From: Psammoneis japonica | Lineage: Eukaryota | NCBI GenBank assembly: GCA_008632985.1 | Contig: QPGO01000084.1 | Span: 124,001 to 188,000 of the forward strand | Reading direction: 5' to 3' | Length of the DNA: 64,000 bases | Shown here: positions 50,251 through 64,000 of the stretch, piece after piece | Layout of the letters: each line of letters begins with the position of its first letter | Position numbering within the stretch: position 1 is the first letter of the stretch | The notes under the pieces: generated by a model | Database searches by the model: none | What the model saw: the letters and a program-made list of their open reading frames with translations, nothing else | What the model was told of the DNA's origin: nothing | Made by a program: the position numbers and the translations under genes

Positions 50251-50471
50251 GAATGAGGCAGGGCGCTCGCGAGGTTGGAGAAAACGGCATGTAGACTACG
50301 AAGTCTGGCGGGGCCCTCGTCCGTCCGTCCCTGTCACCTTCAGCCCGCTTCCCGCCGTTCTTCCATGCCACGCACATCTTGAATGTACAGTTAGCATCAT
50401 GCCATAACGGTATCAATCGTAGTGTTGTTGTTGACTTGTGAACTATTTCTGTTCTAAGCTATGCCATAATC

Positions 50472-51398
50472 ATGCTGAAGTCGCTAAGGTCTAGTAGATT
50501 AGTCTTCCATGTGAATCGTCGAGTTGTCTTTTCAGCTCAGAAAAGTCAGTCGCAACAATGTTTACTTCTAAGAAGATGGAAAAGCGCGCATTCCTCCGAG
50601 GAAGCGCAACGCCGGGCCTATGATTTTTACCGCAAGAAGCAACCAAAGTCTTGGCTTTCTAGAAAGAAGAACAACCCTATGTCTCGTGAAGAGCGTGCTG
50701 TTCAAATGGCATGGTATAGTTTTGCCGTGGTGGTAGGTGCGCTGGGTGCAACATATGCGTCTGTTCCGTTGTACAAAATGTTCTGCCAAGCCACGGGTTT
50801 TGGTGGAACGACACAACGAGTTACTCTGACGGATTGGGCGCAGCAGCAAGAAGAACGTGAAGCGAGTGGAATACCACGGCAGATTCAAAACTTGCTACAG
50901 CCACTCTTGGAGAAAGCTCCCAAAGGATTGAGAAACACGGGCCGTGTGCATACATGGACCGACGAAGAAGCGGCTGCGAAATTGGCAACGCTAAAACCCG
51001 TGGAGAATTCGAGATTAATCACGGTACGATTCGATTCGACGGTGGGTGATGTGCTACCTTGGACATTTGTTCCTACGCAATTGGACGTCAAGGTGGTTCC
51101 GGGTGAAACCGCTCTGTCCTTCTTTACAGTTTCCAACAAATCCAACAAGGCCATCACCGGTGTCGCCACTTACAATGTGCATCCTCCCAAGGCTGGATTG
51201 TATTTCAACAAGATTCAGTGTTTTTGTTTTGAAGAACAGCGGCTGCTACCGGGGGAAACTGTAGATATGCCTGTCTTTTTCTTTATCGATCCGGATTTCT
51301 TGGAGGACCCACAACTGAACCATGTGAATAACATTACACTGAGTTATACCTTTTTCCAAACAGACGAAGAGGAAGATGATGATGGAGGGGAAGAATAA
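50472..51398 (+). CDS. COX11: Cytochrome c oxidase assembly protein COX11 (mitochondrial)
   Basis: Basic transit-like N-terminus; YASVPLYKMFCQATGFGGT; VVPGETAL; YFNKIQCFCFEEQRL; DMPVFFFIDP; ITLSYTFF. Confidence 0.96.
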   Translation: MLKSLRSSRLVFHVNRRVVFSAQKSQSQQCLLLRRWKSAHSSEEAQRRAYDFYRKKQPKSWLSRKKNNPMSREERAVQMAWYSFAVVVGALGATYASVPLYKMFCQATGFGGTTQRVTLTDWAQQQEEREASGIPRQIQNLLQPLLEKAPKGLRNTGRVHTWTDEEAAAKLATLKPVENSRLITVRFDSTVGDVLPWTFVPTQLDVKVVPGETALSFFTVSNKSNKAITGVATYNVHPPKAGLYFNKIQCFCFEEQRLLPGETVDMPVFFFIDPDFLEDPQLNHVNNITLSYTFFQTDEEEDDDGGEE

Positions 51399-52321
51399 AT
51401 AGTTTGAGTGGTTTTGTTCTTCCTTTCGCGTATAGGTACATGTAGGGGGGCCGCGTTACAGTATCTCATGCATTGGCTTCTGAACCGAACACATAATGCT
51501 CATTTCCCCACCTAATCGACGAGATCCGCTTCGCCAGAGCTAGAACTGCACTCTGCAAAGAACGTCAACATACTAAAACATCCTTGCTACAGAACGTTAC
51601 AGTATTCAATTAAATATGCCAGTGTTCATTGGACTCTACTTGCAAACAAAGACCAAAGCCATCCAAGAGAAGCGGCAAGGTTTCGCGAGATGGGCCTTCT
51701 TGCTCGCCTCACGTTGCTTCTGGAGTTCTTGAATCTGCTGGAGGAGGGCGCGGTCATCTTCATCAGAGGCGTCATCGCCAGAAGGCTCGCCAGCTGCAAC
51801 TGGAGCAGCGGTCTCTCTACGACAGCCTTCCACGGAATCCTGAGCCACAGTTTCGTCGTTGGTGTAAAGGACGGTCTGGAGGCGGGGTCCGAAGTAGCGA
51901 ATGATGCGATCCTGGACCTCCCGGACTGGGGCATTTCCCTTGCTGGTACAGAATCCAGGAAAGTCAGTTTTTTTTTTTTTGCCTGTTCTCCTGCTCATCG
52001 CAGTCCTTCGGATCCGACTCCCCACGTCATGGTCAAGCTGTGCGGCACTATAGACAACTGCAATTTGTAATTTTGTGTGTTGTGAAATTCTTTCGATTTA
52101 TTCATTGCCACACGAACCTGCGCAATGCCTTTGCAAAACTATCGCACGGCTGCCTACGCCTCGTTACATCTCGACCGAACAAAGAGCTCTCGATCCAATC
52201 AAATGTGTCAAGGACACAATTTCTTGTAGGAACTTGTTTCACCAGGTATATGGAATGCCACAACGCAAAGGAAATACACTCGGCATGTCAAAAGATGTTG
52301 GTGTCTCCAATTTGAACCTGG

Positions 52322-52344
52322 GAGAGAGAGAGAGAGAGAGAGAG
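52322..52344. repeat. (GA)11 microsatellite
   Basis: Directly visible. Confidence 0.9.
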
Positions 52345-54029
52345 CTTGTCCATCGCCAAAGTTAAACACTGGCAAGAGTATATGGTACCATATTAAACGT
52401 GGAGTGAGAATATGGCATTTGAGGGTTTTCGAGGACGAAGAACACTGGATCTGTACCCACGAGTCTAGCTCACCTGTCCTTTTCTGAGCGCATCGCTGTC
52501 CATATCGTTCCAACAACATATTCCTTGAGCATTTGTTTGAACTGAATTGTTTCTCCTGTTCATCACTTGCGTATTCTCCTCCATGAGTCGTGGTGCAGAC
52601 TACTGCCAATTCTTGGACTCATATTGAAAGTTCGGTCGGTTGTCATGCTTGGGTATGGGTCCCTTATAACGATCGGTCTTGGCACGAGCCATGAGCAAAA
52701 CCGCCTTGATTCAATGGCGTGAGCGGTCGTTTCTGCATTCAATGTCTTAGAGGTCGGATCCCCCCGTCACCGAGCCCGGTTCGTCGTAAAGCTCTTCAAA
52801 GGGTATGATTTGTCTGTTCAAGATATTGCAAGTGGTGCTTCAGAGTCAAATAGTGAAGAATGATTCTGCTCTTGTTTGTGATAATCCTCGTGATCGCATT
52901 TTGTATCGAGATCCGAGATGGCAGCCTATGCCTGCCAAGGCCCCAGTCAAATTAGATCCAGAGGGCGATTTGCTCCGTCTTTTGCTTTTGCGACATGATA
53001 GCAATGGGAAGCATAGATGCTGTGTAAGATGCTGGATGTTGGAGCGGCCCGAGATTTCCGCCCGTCTAGTAGAGCGAGATGCGTGACATTCGATCTGCTT
53101 GTGTCTGCGTAATCAAATACAACACCCAGCATATCCCGGCATCCCATTATCAACGAACCGACAACACGCAAGAAACAGCGGCGGCAACAACTGCACTGCG
53201 GTGTCGGGTGTTGAGACGTCAAGCTCATTGGGCGGGGCCATAGTGCGACAATATGAATAATTTACGTAGCTTCTACGTCAGTTTGATTTTTGAAAAGCTC
53301 CCTCCAACGTCAGTCCCCCGCCCGATTCGCGGAATCCGGAATTGAAAAGGCGGCAGATTAGATGCGAAACCGAGATAGTGGCAAGCCTCATCCATTTCTG
53401 CTCTTAAAGGACGACAAGAACCACGTTGTAAGTTGCAAAGTTGAAAGTTGTTTTTGCTGCGGCATCAGTTTGTCGACTTTGTGCACTCATCTTGCTCAGC
53501 TATTTTTTCAACTATGGATTGACGAAAAAAACAGCTGGAGGTGGTGAAATGGCTTCGCCTCAAGATCTGCCACAGAAAAAATGAGGCTGACGAGGTGGGA
53601 GCTGAATTGTTGAAGATTGATTCAATTCGAATCTTGATTGGCATGACGATCGACGTTTTCAAATTGTGCTATAACGTCAAAAAGAGAAGAACCGTGCTAT
53701 GATACACGTTCAGTGTGCTGAAGGTACGGAAAAGATATCCGACCTTGTTTTTTTGTCGGACACCAGACAACTTCGTTCTCGGGAGTGGTTCACTACGAAT
53801 ATATTGTACTATGGTAGTACAGTATCCACTCTCGCCGAGTCTCATTGGAAACAAGAAAAGTTCGCTCTGGTTCTTTTGTTACGAATTTCGAATGCTTATG
53901 AAAGCAAACCAGTCGAGGAAGCGTTTCCGAAGAAAACACTCAACTCGCTACTGCTTTTGACGTCTTGGAACTATCGTCTCTAAACAGGCATATTCTTGGA
54001 ACTACCTGAAAAAGCTACCAGTAGGCAAT

Positions 54030-55058
54030 CTCTTTTTCATGACAAGCGGCTTGGCATGGGACTTGTACAAGCTACACCACGATATCTTTTTCGAGCTAGC
54101 GGGCAGGAGCCGGATACACTTGCTATCTCGCAAGAGGGTAATGAAACATTGGATTTTGCTCTTGCGTTGCCTGAGCTTTTGTTGTTATCTACCGTACAGC
54201 ATTTCCGTTGGCGCCTGCAAGAAGGAAGAAATGGTTTTTCGTGGAGACAGGGATTTTTCCGTGAGTCCATGACAAGGCATGAGTACCACAGTCGGAAACA
54301 AGTTACAATTACAGATGAAGCTGGGGATTTTCTCTTTTGTCGAGAGTGGTCCATTGGCGTATCCACCGCTTCAGCCTGAGTGACGAGGGCACGTCGTAGG
54401 CAGTGTCCTCAACTGTTTTTTCCATGCCGCGGCTACTTTTTCGTGGCGTCGACCGTCGGGGCAACGTGGTGGAGCAGGCGGTCGATCAGCGCGAGCAAGG
54501 TCATCTCATTCAAGATTGACGACGAAACCCGCGTGCTACGGCAGGTCAGCATGGTTGGGAACCTTTGGGGTGGCAATCGCGGTGCGATGTCACCGCGACA
54601 GTGCATACGTCATGACGTTCAAAGAAATGGATCCGCTGCATCCATACATCATCGATCTGTCGATTCCTGAGAACCCCCGGGTCAGCGGAGACCTCAAGAT
54701 TTATGGTTTCAGCACGAACCTTCACCGAGTGGAACCGGGAGAAGTCCTCGGTGACGGAAAGGACGTGTCAAGTTCGAGCGCATGCTTGGGGACGAAGGTG
54801 TCGCTGTTCGACGTGAGCGACGAAACAAACCGAAAGAAGTGGCAATGTGGACCTTCAAGGGAAGCTAGTCAAATTCAGAGTGAGATAACCGGGCATTTTT
54901 GCACTGAACAAAAGCGTCAACTCGCAATCATGCCCGTTCCTATGACCGAAGATAGAACGGTGTTTAGCGGCGCCATAAATCTCAAAATTGTGGAAAACAT
55001 GAAAACAAAAGCGAGCAGCAGTGTTCCTTCCCTGCCTTTCAAAACTAACGCTAGCTAG
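54030..55058 (+). pseudogene. Beta-propeller-domain (Beta_propel-like) protein remnant
   Basis: AVRCHRDSAYVMTFKEMDPL.PYIIDLSIPENPRVSGDLKIYGFSTNLH...GTKVSLFDVSD matches the family pattern VRF.GD.AYVVTF..VDPL.VIDLS.P..P...GELKIPGFS.YLH...K.SLFDVS; frameshifted. Confidence 0.7.
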
Positions 55059-55259
55059 AGAGAACCATGGTTGTCTCCACCACGATTTCATTGAATCATA
55101 GAGCGGCAGCAGGAGCCCGGATCGTGGCCGACAACATTCTCATGCGTTTCAAAGTTTTGTTGCAGAGCACTTCTAGTCTTGACATGGATCGTCGTTAAGT
55201 GCTATTTTTTCACATGGCTAGTGATTTTTCAATTTCCCGCACTTCGCCTGTGCCCGTCC

Positions 55260-58200
55260 CCAAGCACGCGTGAGGTGTGGTTGTTACATTTGACGAACCA
55301 CAATTTGAAACAAAACACAGTCCAAGCACATCTGCCAAGAAACAAGTTCATGTTCTGTCCACTGTTTTACAAAAAGGTTTGGAACAAGCTGCTGAAGATG
55401 ATGGAGAGTGTTGCTCAATTCATCGGAATTGAACGGAGATGTGCAATTCTTTCTTGCAATTCTTTCTTTGGTCAAATTGATTTTGCAGGTCTTGTGCATT
55501 GCAGGGAGATTTTTTGTGTGCTGGTGCATGCTGTTTGCAGAAAATGTCAGACTTGTCATGATCCAAATGTTTCTTTTTCTTTTGTGAACAAGTGGCCTGT
55601 GCCAACAGAATTGTGAGAAAAAATGCTCACAGTGTGCCAGCCAGAATGGAAATTTCTTGCTGCAGATCTGCAGAGCAACCAAGTGATTGAACACAGCTGT
55701 GCCAATGACTCTGACTGGCTTTTTTGGCTGAGGTTCAAAGTCTGTCAGCAAAAAGGTGAAATTTTTTGCCAGTCTGAATCGAGGTTGGAGTTGGCAGCTG
55801 CAACCAGTGCTTGGGCTGACTGCATTTGGACATGAAATTTTCCATCTCAGGAGTGCACCAAGGGACACCAGGAGATTGTCTTCTTTCACATTGAAACTGC
55901 ACAAATCTTCTAAACCCAACAATGTCTGCAATGAACCTCTGCATCTCTCTGCCCCACTCAAGTGCCAAGCTCTGCATTTTGCAAACACAATTTGGCCAAC
56001 AGGAGGCTGTTGTCCCCTTTCTAAAAGCCACAGTGGTCCCTGTGCTCAAGGCAGATTATCTGGACAATGATCCTGCCAGTTGTTGTGTCCAGTTGAGCAA
56101 AACTGACAGCAAACAGTCTGGTGCACCAGCTCAAAACAAACAGCACCCTTTCACCCTGTTGTGCAGGTTTTTGGCATTCTCGTTCTGTGGCTGACCCCCT
56201 TGTGTGTCTTGTTGCCAAGGTCTGTCTTGCTTTTCAAAGCAAGCCTGCTGTGCAAACAACTCTCACTTGGCTCAACCTCAAGCCAGCATGCAGCTGAGTT
56301 GAACATTGGCATTTGCTGGATGTCATGTGCAGCTGGCTTCTGCTGCCATGTTGTGCCCACTTTCATCAAGGACTTCTCTGTCATTGCATGTTTTGAGTCA
56401 AATGTGGTGATCACCTTAGTCAACAAGCTGGCAAAAATTCCAGAGCACCCCAAGGTGCCATCTCTTCTCCTGCTCCATTTGTCATTTGCTTGTGGAAGAC
56501 AAAATTTGGCACAGACTTCCCTTGGCACAACAACGAAGCACCAAACTCAGGCACGTTCCCACCCTGATAATTTCGGCCGTAAAATAAATATAATTTGGCC
56601 AAATTTACGTATTTACGGGCGTCAGGCTGGGAACGAATTCGATCGGTAAAAAAGATCAAAATCTCATGTCGAGCTCGGTGAGGACGCTACACGCCACAGC
56701 ACTGTTTACACTGCTACTACAGCACTGGCTAGAGCTGCTAGCTAGAGAGACACCACAACATTGTCAGCGACAATCGTTGTCCATTTTGCGATTGCTCTAC
56801 GGTAACCCAAGACTCAGGATAACACCAGTGAAGGTCAGAAGAAATATATCCAACATTCAATCCACTAGCAAGAGTTGCAGAGAGATCAGAAAGACGCACG
56901 AAACAATGGCATGCAGTGAGACTACAGCATGTAAAACTACTAAATGTAATTTCTACAGAATGTGAGGTACTAAAAGGCACCATTGTTAACTCTTGCGGTT
57001 TACCATTGGCCTAAATCCATTTCAAAGAGCAAAGTAACAAAGAGCAAGTCGCAGAGAAGGCCTCCAGACAGTAGAGTAAGGCACTGTGAGGCAATGCCGA
57101 CGATGTTGCGCAAAACATTGACCCCCACCGGCATCATTGTCCTAACTTCCGACAAGATTGATGAAATAAGTGCACACAGCCTTCTTCATAGTCATATTCT
57201 ATCACAACAAGCCTTCCTGTTGTTGTTGAAGTGACCAAAATATTGCATTCTTGACTCTTGACCGTCAATCAAGTAACCTTGAGTATACACCAAAGAACCA
57301 CCTCAATGTAACATCAGATCATAATATATTGCTACGAGGATTCGGCCTCAAGTCTGTAGACGTATGGTTTGTGAAGAATCCCAACGCGAAATCTGAACAA
57401 GAGAAACGAAGACATCAAAAATACCATTAGTCGACACGGTCGTCATAAGCCATAACAACAACGAAAAATCAAAATTGTGACAGCTTGATCGTATCGAGCG
57501 TAGTCTTATTGACCTGTCTCTACATTCTTACCTTCGTAGACAGGACGGTCGTTCGTGTATGAACGGGTCCGTTCATGGCAGCAGCCATCATGGTTGTTGT
57601 GCGATCGGAGCGGAGAAAGAAAAAAAATGGGCGGCTTGTGTGACGTGGCACGTTCGAGCTCCCAAAACGCCGAATTTACCGTGAAAATTATATTTACGGG
57701 AGAGAATTTACGACGACCGACACCTGTCGTCGTAATTTGCTGATAATTTCGGCTGTAAATTGGCGGATGGAAAACAGACGTGCGATTTTTCTTGTACGAG
57801 AGTTTCTACAGGAATTTTGTGTAGAACGAAATTATATTTATTTTACGGCCGAAATTATCGGGGTTGGAACGTGCCTCAAGCTTTTTGCTGATGATCATAC
57901 AACACATGATGTGTCTGGTTGCAACAATGGAGTTCTTGCCCAAAAACTGCTTGACTTTGCATCTGCTCAGCCACCTGAGCCATTGGACAAGTGCACCACT
58001 CAGAAATGCCATCCCTTCCTTCTTGCACAAAACAACCACAATCCATGGCCTTGCATCACCAGGCACAACATCATGCTCTGGCCTCCAAACCTCAAGGACA
58101 AACATCACAAGCAGCCTTGCATTGAAGTCCTTGGAGTTTTTCTTAATCCAAAATCATTGTGGAGCATCACCTCCATGCATTGCTTGACAACTCAAGTCAG

Positions 58201-59100
58201 TGCATCTTCTTTTTAGCTGGGCTTGTGAACTCAAATTTGGCCTTGTCAAAAGAAAGTTTGCAAACACTCTGGGTTGCTTGTGTTTGCAGCCTTCTTGAAC
58301 ATTGTGGCCTTGTCTGGCTCCCATCCTTGCCCCATCATGCAAATTTGGAGAAATTGGGGTGCATCCAACAGAAAGCTCTGAGACTTGCTTTGGGCATTTG
58401 GAAATGTTCTCAAAACAATGACATTCTCCTTGGAGCAAACTTGCCTGCTCTCCAAACATGCCCCTGCTTTCTCAAAGCTTTTCAGCAGAAAAGCACGTGC
58501 TCTTGCCCATGTGGCTCCTGCCTCCAACTGTCTCACAAGATCCTTGTGGCCACACACCTCTGTGACAAAATTCTGCTTGAGAGTGGTTTTCACCCAACAT
58601 GAAATGAAGTGCACCCACAAATCTCTCATCTTTCTGACAAACTGGTGCCACTTTCAGGTGACACACCCCAGAATGTGCTGTGGGATCTCTCTGCCCCCAA
58701 CCATCTGGTTGTTCATTCACAGCTTGGAAATCTTTGCAAGAAGAGCCCTGGTCTAAAACAAAAGGCAGCAACTGAGCCGCTCAAGCTGGGCTCCTTTTGT
58801 TGTTCTTCCTGGACTGATGGCAGTGTGCTTTCTCATGAAACCAACACTTCTGCCACTCTTGCTGCTTCTGTGCCACCAATGGAGGTCCAAACAAGTGATG
58901 CAAGCTGGACAGATTTGCCATGTTTGCACAATCTGTGAAAACTGCTGGCATTTTTGCCGCCTCTTGCACTTCTGAAAATGAAGCCATTGAGCTTGTGCAG
59001 CCTGCTCCACATCAGTCAGATCCAAACAACACACCAAAACAAATGACTTTTTGTTGGCTGAGAAAGCCATTCTGCCCCTCAAGCTCTTCAAGCCAGAAAG
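55260..59100 (+). mobile_element. 5'-truncated non-LTR retrotransposon (RT + RNase H), TpA/CpG-depleted, interrupted by a MITE
   Basis: KATVVPVLK...DPAS, LSPCCAGFWHSRSVADPL, PQGAISSP, KLKLFADD (reconstituted across the insert), LGVFLNPK, LEKLGCIQQKALRLALG; RNase H WTDGS at ~58810. Ends approximate. Confidence 0.82.
56550..57875. mobile_element. PIF/Harbinger-like non-autonomous element (1326 bp), normal TpA content
   Basis: ~47-bp TIRs ggcacgttcc(c/a)accc(t/c)gataatttcggccgtaaaataaatataattt; 3-bp TSD tca (56547-49, 57876-78); no transposase ORF seen. Confidence 0.85.
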
Positions 59101-62100
59101 ATGACCAAGTCTGGGAAAGCTCATCTCTCATGGATTCTCTCGTCCCCCCAGTGCAAACAACTCAACAAGATCTGTGATTGTCTGCTGACCTTCAGCTGAT
59201 CTTTGCAGAGAGCAAACTCCCTCATCTGGCCAAACAGTGCAGCTCACTGTCCCAGCAAGTTTGAAAACCTGACTCAAGCAAAGAGAGTGAACCTGCCACA
59301 TTGCCAAGATTTCTGCAGATCTTCAACATCACACTGGCCCCTGTTGCAACACATGTGGCAACACAACATCCAGCTTTGAGGAGTGTCAGCTCCTTCCTTG
59401 GTCAATTGTCTGTCTTGTTTTCAGACAGCTGCTCAGTTGTCAAGATTGTTGTGGCAGATGTCCTTGCAAATTGCACTTCATTGAGTTGCCAAGATGTTTC
59501 TTCTGCAGCGCTCCTGTGGAGTCTGCAGCTCATGTTTTGATCACCTGCCTCTTGGTTTTTCTGTTGACAAGCTTGCAGCATCATCTTGCACAGCAAATTT
59601 GACCTCTGGATCTGATGCACCCACTGTTCCAACACATGCCCAGGCAACCAACAATGACATGCAATCAGCCTTGAGGAAGTGCTTGCAGCCTGTGAGAGTG
59701 AAAGTGAAGAAACCTCCTCCCTCAAACAAATGTTCTGTGAACAGCTCTCCTTTCTTCTCTTCACCAGTGTCCACCTTGGACCCACTGCACAAGTTGCATT
59801 GCAAAAGGCTTGCTCATTGACAAAAACACATTGTGTCTGGCCGCAAACTCAACAATGTCATCAGATCTAAAAAAAACACTGCAAAGTCTCAGCTGCTGCA
59901 TGGCATGAATGCTGCAGACTCCTTCCACAGTGCTCACCTGCAGCCGTGTTGTCCACAGACACAACATGTGATGTGACTTTTCAGGAAAGGTGGGCAGCTG
60001 GCATTTGACTGGCTGTGGATGCATCTGTGGTTGTTGCTCTAGAAATCCCAAACCTTTGCATTTGTTGTCCATGTGTGCACTCTGTGATGACTCATGATGA
60101 GCAAACAAAAGTTGACCTGTTGCTGATTTTTGGCCAACACACACATTTGGTGCACCAAGTGAAGTCTGGGTTGCTTCACACCCTCATGAACTCCAAATGA
60201 AGTTGACCACCAAATGACAATCCATTCTCAAGTCTGCAACACTCTGATGACACAGCTGCACCTCAGGCAACAAGCACAAAGACACCTGTTCCCTGGAAGT
60301 GCTGGTTGCAGAGGACATCTAAAACAGGCTCAGAAGCCTGGGCCACACCTGCTCAAGCTGCTGCAGTGGTGCACCATGGTGGTCTCAAGTGACAGAAGGG
60401 TTGAAGCACAAAACTTCTGACAGGTCTTGTTGCACACATCGCCAAAGAATGTGGGCTCAGGAGCAATGTTTTGCACCTGTGGCAAAAGACAAATGATGTC
60501 TCAGTTCTCACAAGCAGTGCAAAAACAGGCATCACAGGCACAACATCTCTTGTTGTTGGCATTGAGGAGTCAAAAGTTTCCCAGCTTGGTGCAGAAGCAT
60601 CCCTGCCTCCACTTGTGGAGTTGCTTCTGCCATGCACCATGTGTTGCAGTCATCCACACCACATTTTTTCTGCCTTTGACAAAAAACATCATGCCACCTT
60701 CCTGGCACATTAAGTGATGCACTGGACCACTTGCTTGAGGGCACAGCATGAAAAAGAAACAACCTGCTGCTGCGCGCAAGTGTGCGCGCTCTCACTCCCC
60801 AACAAGATCCCTGTGACATTTGTGGTGCCAGATTGGCGTGTCTGTGAGATGGTGGGTGGGAGCAAGCTGAAGTCCACTTGTGTTCATTTCTCAGTCAATG
60901 ATGGGTGGGATGAGAAGTCCAACAGATCATGTGCTCCAACCAACCGGGTCACAAAACAGACAAAAAAAGCAGCACAACTTGCCATGCAGAGAGGTGCTCT
61001 TGACAGCACTGACCACTGCCCCCATTTCACAAACAACACTCACAAGCCTTTCCCATGTCCTCATTGAGAATGTGGTCTGTGGGGGGTCACACGACACAGC
61101 AAAAGAGCTGGGGTGGACTGGATCTCCACATCACAGTTGGCAAGGAACAAAGACACTTGCATCTGGTGGGGTGTCAGCAATGATCTGGGTCTCATCTCCT
61201 CACCATCAACAACACTTGACTTGCAGTGCCACACAATTTCTCTGTTTGACCCAAATTGAAGATGCCTTGACAAATTTGCATTTGTGAAACATTTGAAAAC
61301 AAATGTTTCCATTGATGCAGTTGACAGTTCTTCTGCTGAGAGGGTGAGAGTGCAATGTTTCTTGTGTTCATGTCATGTCTTGAGTGGAGCACACCCCACT
61401 TTTTCAGATCCAAAACTCTGCAGTCATGTGTCAAGTTGGATTTTTCTGTCCTCCAATTTTTTTTGCTCTCTGAAGTTGCCATTCTTTGTTTTGTTGCAAC
61501 CCCACCCACATTGCTCTTCTTCATTTGCTTTTGGCTTGCAGCCCTGCTTTTTGCCAATTGCTTGCTGTGTGCTGGGGGGTCAATGTTTGCTTCAGGTGCA
61601 TTGTTTTCAGTCATTTGTTGCACTCATCTTTGTCTGTGTCATGTTTCATCGGCAATGCAGTTGGATGGTCTTGCATGTCCTTGGCATGGTCTTTGCTGTC
61701 ATGTTGTCAATGGCTGCATGTTGCCTCCCTTGGTCTGACCAAGTCTTTTGGCTGTCTGGGTGCAGCACAACCTTTTGTGTTGCTGCGCTGCTTCTGTTGT
61801 TCTCCCTTCTCTTTCAGCACAGCAGCACTCAAGAACTGCAACATTCTCCTCCCTGTCTGGATGGATTTTGACTGCTTTGCTTGGAACTTCCTTGGGACAC
61901 TGTCTTCTCTGTTGGGTTTGCTGCCTGTCAACTGGCATGTCCCCATTGCCAAGCTCCCTTTTCCAACATTGCCCTTCATCTCCAGAAGCACACACACCTG
62001 CTGTGAGAAGGAGAGCGCCTCTGTGCAATGCTCTGCTGCTGTTTTGTCTGCTGTCAACACATCTTTCTCTCCAGACAATGGCGCAGTTGTTGGCAATTTG

Positions 62101-62559
62101 AACAATGACCCCATGTTTGGTTTTGATGATGATGATTCACCCCATCCTCCCCTTCCTGAAGCCCTTTTGAATCCAGGTCCATGACTCTCCTGTCAGCTCT
62201 CCTGCCATTGGAGACATCTGTCCCCCCTTTTGTTCAACACTTGGGCCCCAATTTGTCTTGTTTTCTAACAATGCTGCACCTGCCCTTGGAAAGGACAGCC
62301 CTGCAGATGTTCCTGATTTTGCCACAGCTCTGACTCTGGCTGTTGACGACGGGGTGCTTGGGATCCCCCTCTGACAATGTCGCCCCCAGCAGATGACACT
62401 TCTTCTCCATCTTTCTGTGATGGCTTGGCCGCAGATTCCTCATTTGATCCCAAAAAATCACTGGGAAAGATGCACAATCTTGTTTCTGATGAGGACTTTG
62501 ATGACGTTCCTCTGGAATGCTTGCCCGGTGCCACACATGTGGTTCATCTGCTGCATCTT

Positions 62560-64000
62560 TGTCATTGGTCTGGTGCTGCAATTGACTTCCTTGACAAAGC
62601 AATGAGAGCAGTTCATGAAGAGCAGCATGATGCCGGAAAGTGGTTGGATTTGACACAGCCTCATGCTGCAACTGCTGTGGCAATGAAGTGACTTTGGGCT
62701 GTTCTCCAAGAACATCCCTCTCTCCCCATGCTGCAGCTGCAATGCTTGAGTGCAACAACCCACCACATCAGCAGAAGAGTGGCCCCAAATGTGGCCCCGC
62801 CTTTTCCAGTTGCAACTTCATTGAGTCATTGCAGGATCTGTTTGCAGAGCTTGTTTTCTGTGATCTTTCAAAGTTGCAGGTGCAAATCCAGACAATGTTT
62901 GGTCAGGACTTCTGGCACCCCCCCCTGTTGGTGGCAACACTTGGTTCCCAGATTGTCCTGGTGACAAGTGATTGGCAACTCAAAGTCAAGACATGGGAGG
63001 AGGCAAAAAATGGCTCCAACATTGTTCAAACATTTGGGGAGCTGCTGCAGCCAATTTTCATGTTTGCCCCATCAACTGTTCTGACAAGACTGGTGTCATC
63101 ACTTGTGGTCAATCCACAAAGGATGGAGCCCCTCATGCATTCACTTGCAATGGCCTGAGAGAAGGTGCTGCAGGATTGTTGTTGCTGGTGCCCTCTTGGG
63201 TTCATTTCAAATGTGGGCAAGCAAGACAAGAAGGGTGTGTTTGGGTGCCTTGTTGTTGCCAAAGTTTGCCACACTCCAGAGTTGCTTCATGGACTGCTTC
63301 ATTGTGACCAGGCCAGTCCACTTGTTGTTCCTGCAATCATTGAAGCTGAGCACCAGCATGTGAGAACCACAATGTGCCACAACTCCCTCTGTTGGGTGAC
63401 ATCCTGAATCAAGAAAAAAACTGTGGCAGAGTCATCAGCTGAGGCAAGATGGAGCAATTGTTGCACAATTGCCACATGCTCTCATGGCATGTGAAGCAAG
63501 TTTCTCAAAAGCACTGCATGATGCCCACACACAAAAAGGCAGAGAATGAGCTTTCTTTTCCCAAAATGCTGAGGCAAGTGTTTGCTGGTCAGCATGCTTT
63601 TGACAATGTGCACTTTCCCATGCCATTGACATGGGCAAAATGCCCCTGTGGTGCATTTGGCATGAATGTGTGACTGTCTGCAACACAATGCACAGTGTGA
63701 CAGAGGCAGGTGTTGTGATGGAGGCAACAGTCAGAGAAATGCCTGACAAACAGAAAGATGAGCATGACCAGTTTGCCTTGGAATTGCTCTGCACAGCTTG
63801 GCACTGTCATCCAGGAGGTCAGAGGCACAAACACTCACACCTGTGAGTGAACGGCAGTCTTTCTGCCCTCAGCCAGCTGGCTTGTGATGAGAAGATTGGC
63901 AAGCTGCATGAGCTGGCCATTGTTGGCCACACTCTGGCTGGCAGGAAACTGTTGGAGAAGAGGTGTGATCCTTCCTTCAACAGTGGTCAAAAAGAAAAAA
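62560..64000 (+). mobile_element. Plavaka-like transposase remnant, TpA/CpG-depleted
   Basis: Pieces CSDKTGV, QRMEPLMHSLA, WCPLGFI, CGRV...LLHNC and IWHEC...MHSVTEAGVV resemble Plavaka-type transposases; heavily frameshifted; runs off the window. Confidence 0.5.

Noticed and set aside
57876..64000. Dense overlapping six-frame ORFs rich in Cys/His/Gln (also at 1-4.5 kb and 40-50 kb)
   Set aside because: By-product of TA loss: TAA/TAG stops and Tyr codons are erased, so spurious ORFs lengthen. Not called as genes.

Overview
Eukaryotic nuclear DNA, most likely from a diatom; this is inferred from gene content, short GT-AG introns and CoDi/Plavaka-like repeats. Bases ~5.8-25.4 kb form an ordinary gene block: two tandem sulfotransferase-domain genes, a Nudix hydrolase, a 3xKH protein, UBE2S, DPH2 and a SET-like repeat protein. 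COX11 sits isolated at 50.5-51.4 kb. The rest is nested transposons and decayed gene copies: a Copia remnant, a TIR element carrying a beta-tubulin fragment, a Gypsy inside a hAT MITE, an 8.2-kb MULE splitting a sufD pseudogene, a LINE interrupted by a Harbinger-like MITE, and a Plavaka-like transposase. The outstanding signal is four domains (~1-4.5 kb, ~25.9-27.1 kb, ~40-50.2 kb, ~55.3-64 kb) that are almost devoid of the dinucleotide TpA, and in their cores also of CpG. Internal controls show TA was converted to TG or CA, i.e. A>G on either strand: paired TIRs, the split gene, and Tyr>Cys/His at conserved motifs. This looks like a repeat/heterochromatin-targeted, RIP-like TpA hypermutation system distinct from CpG decay. 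All counts were made by eye and all family calls are by motif recognition, not database search.
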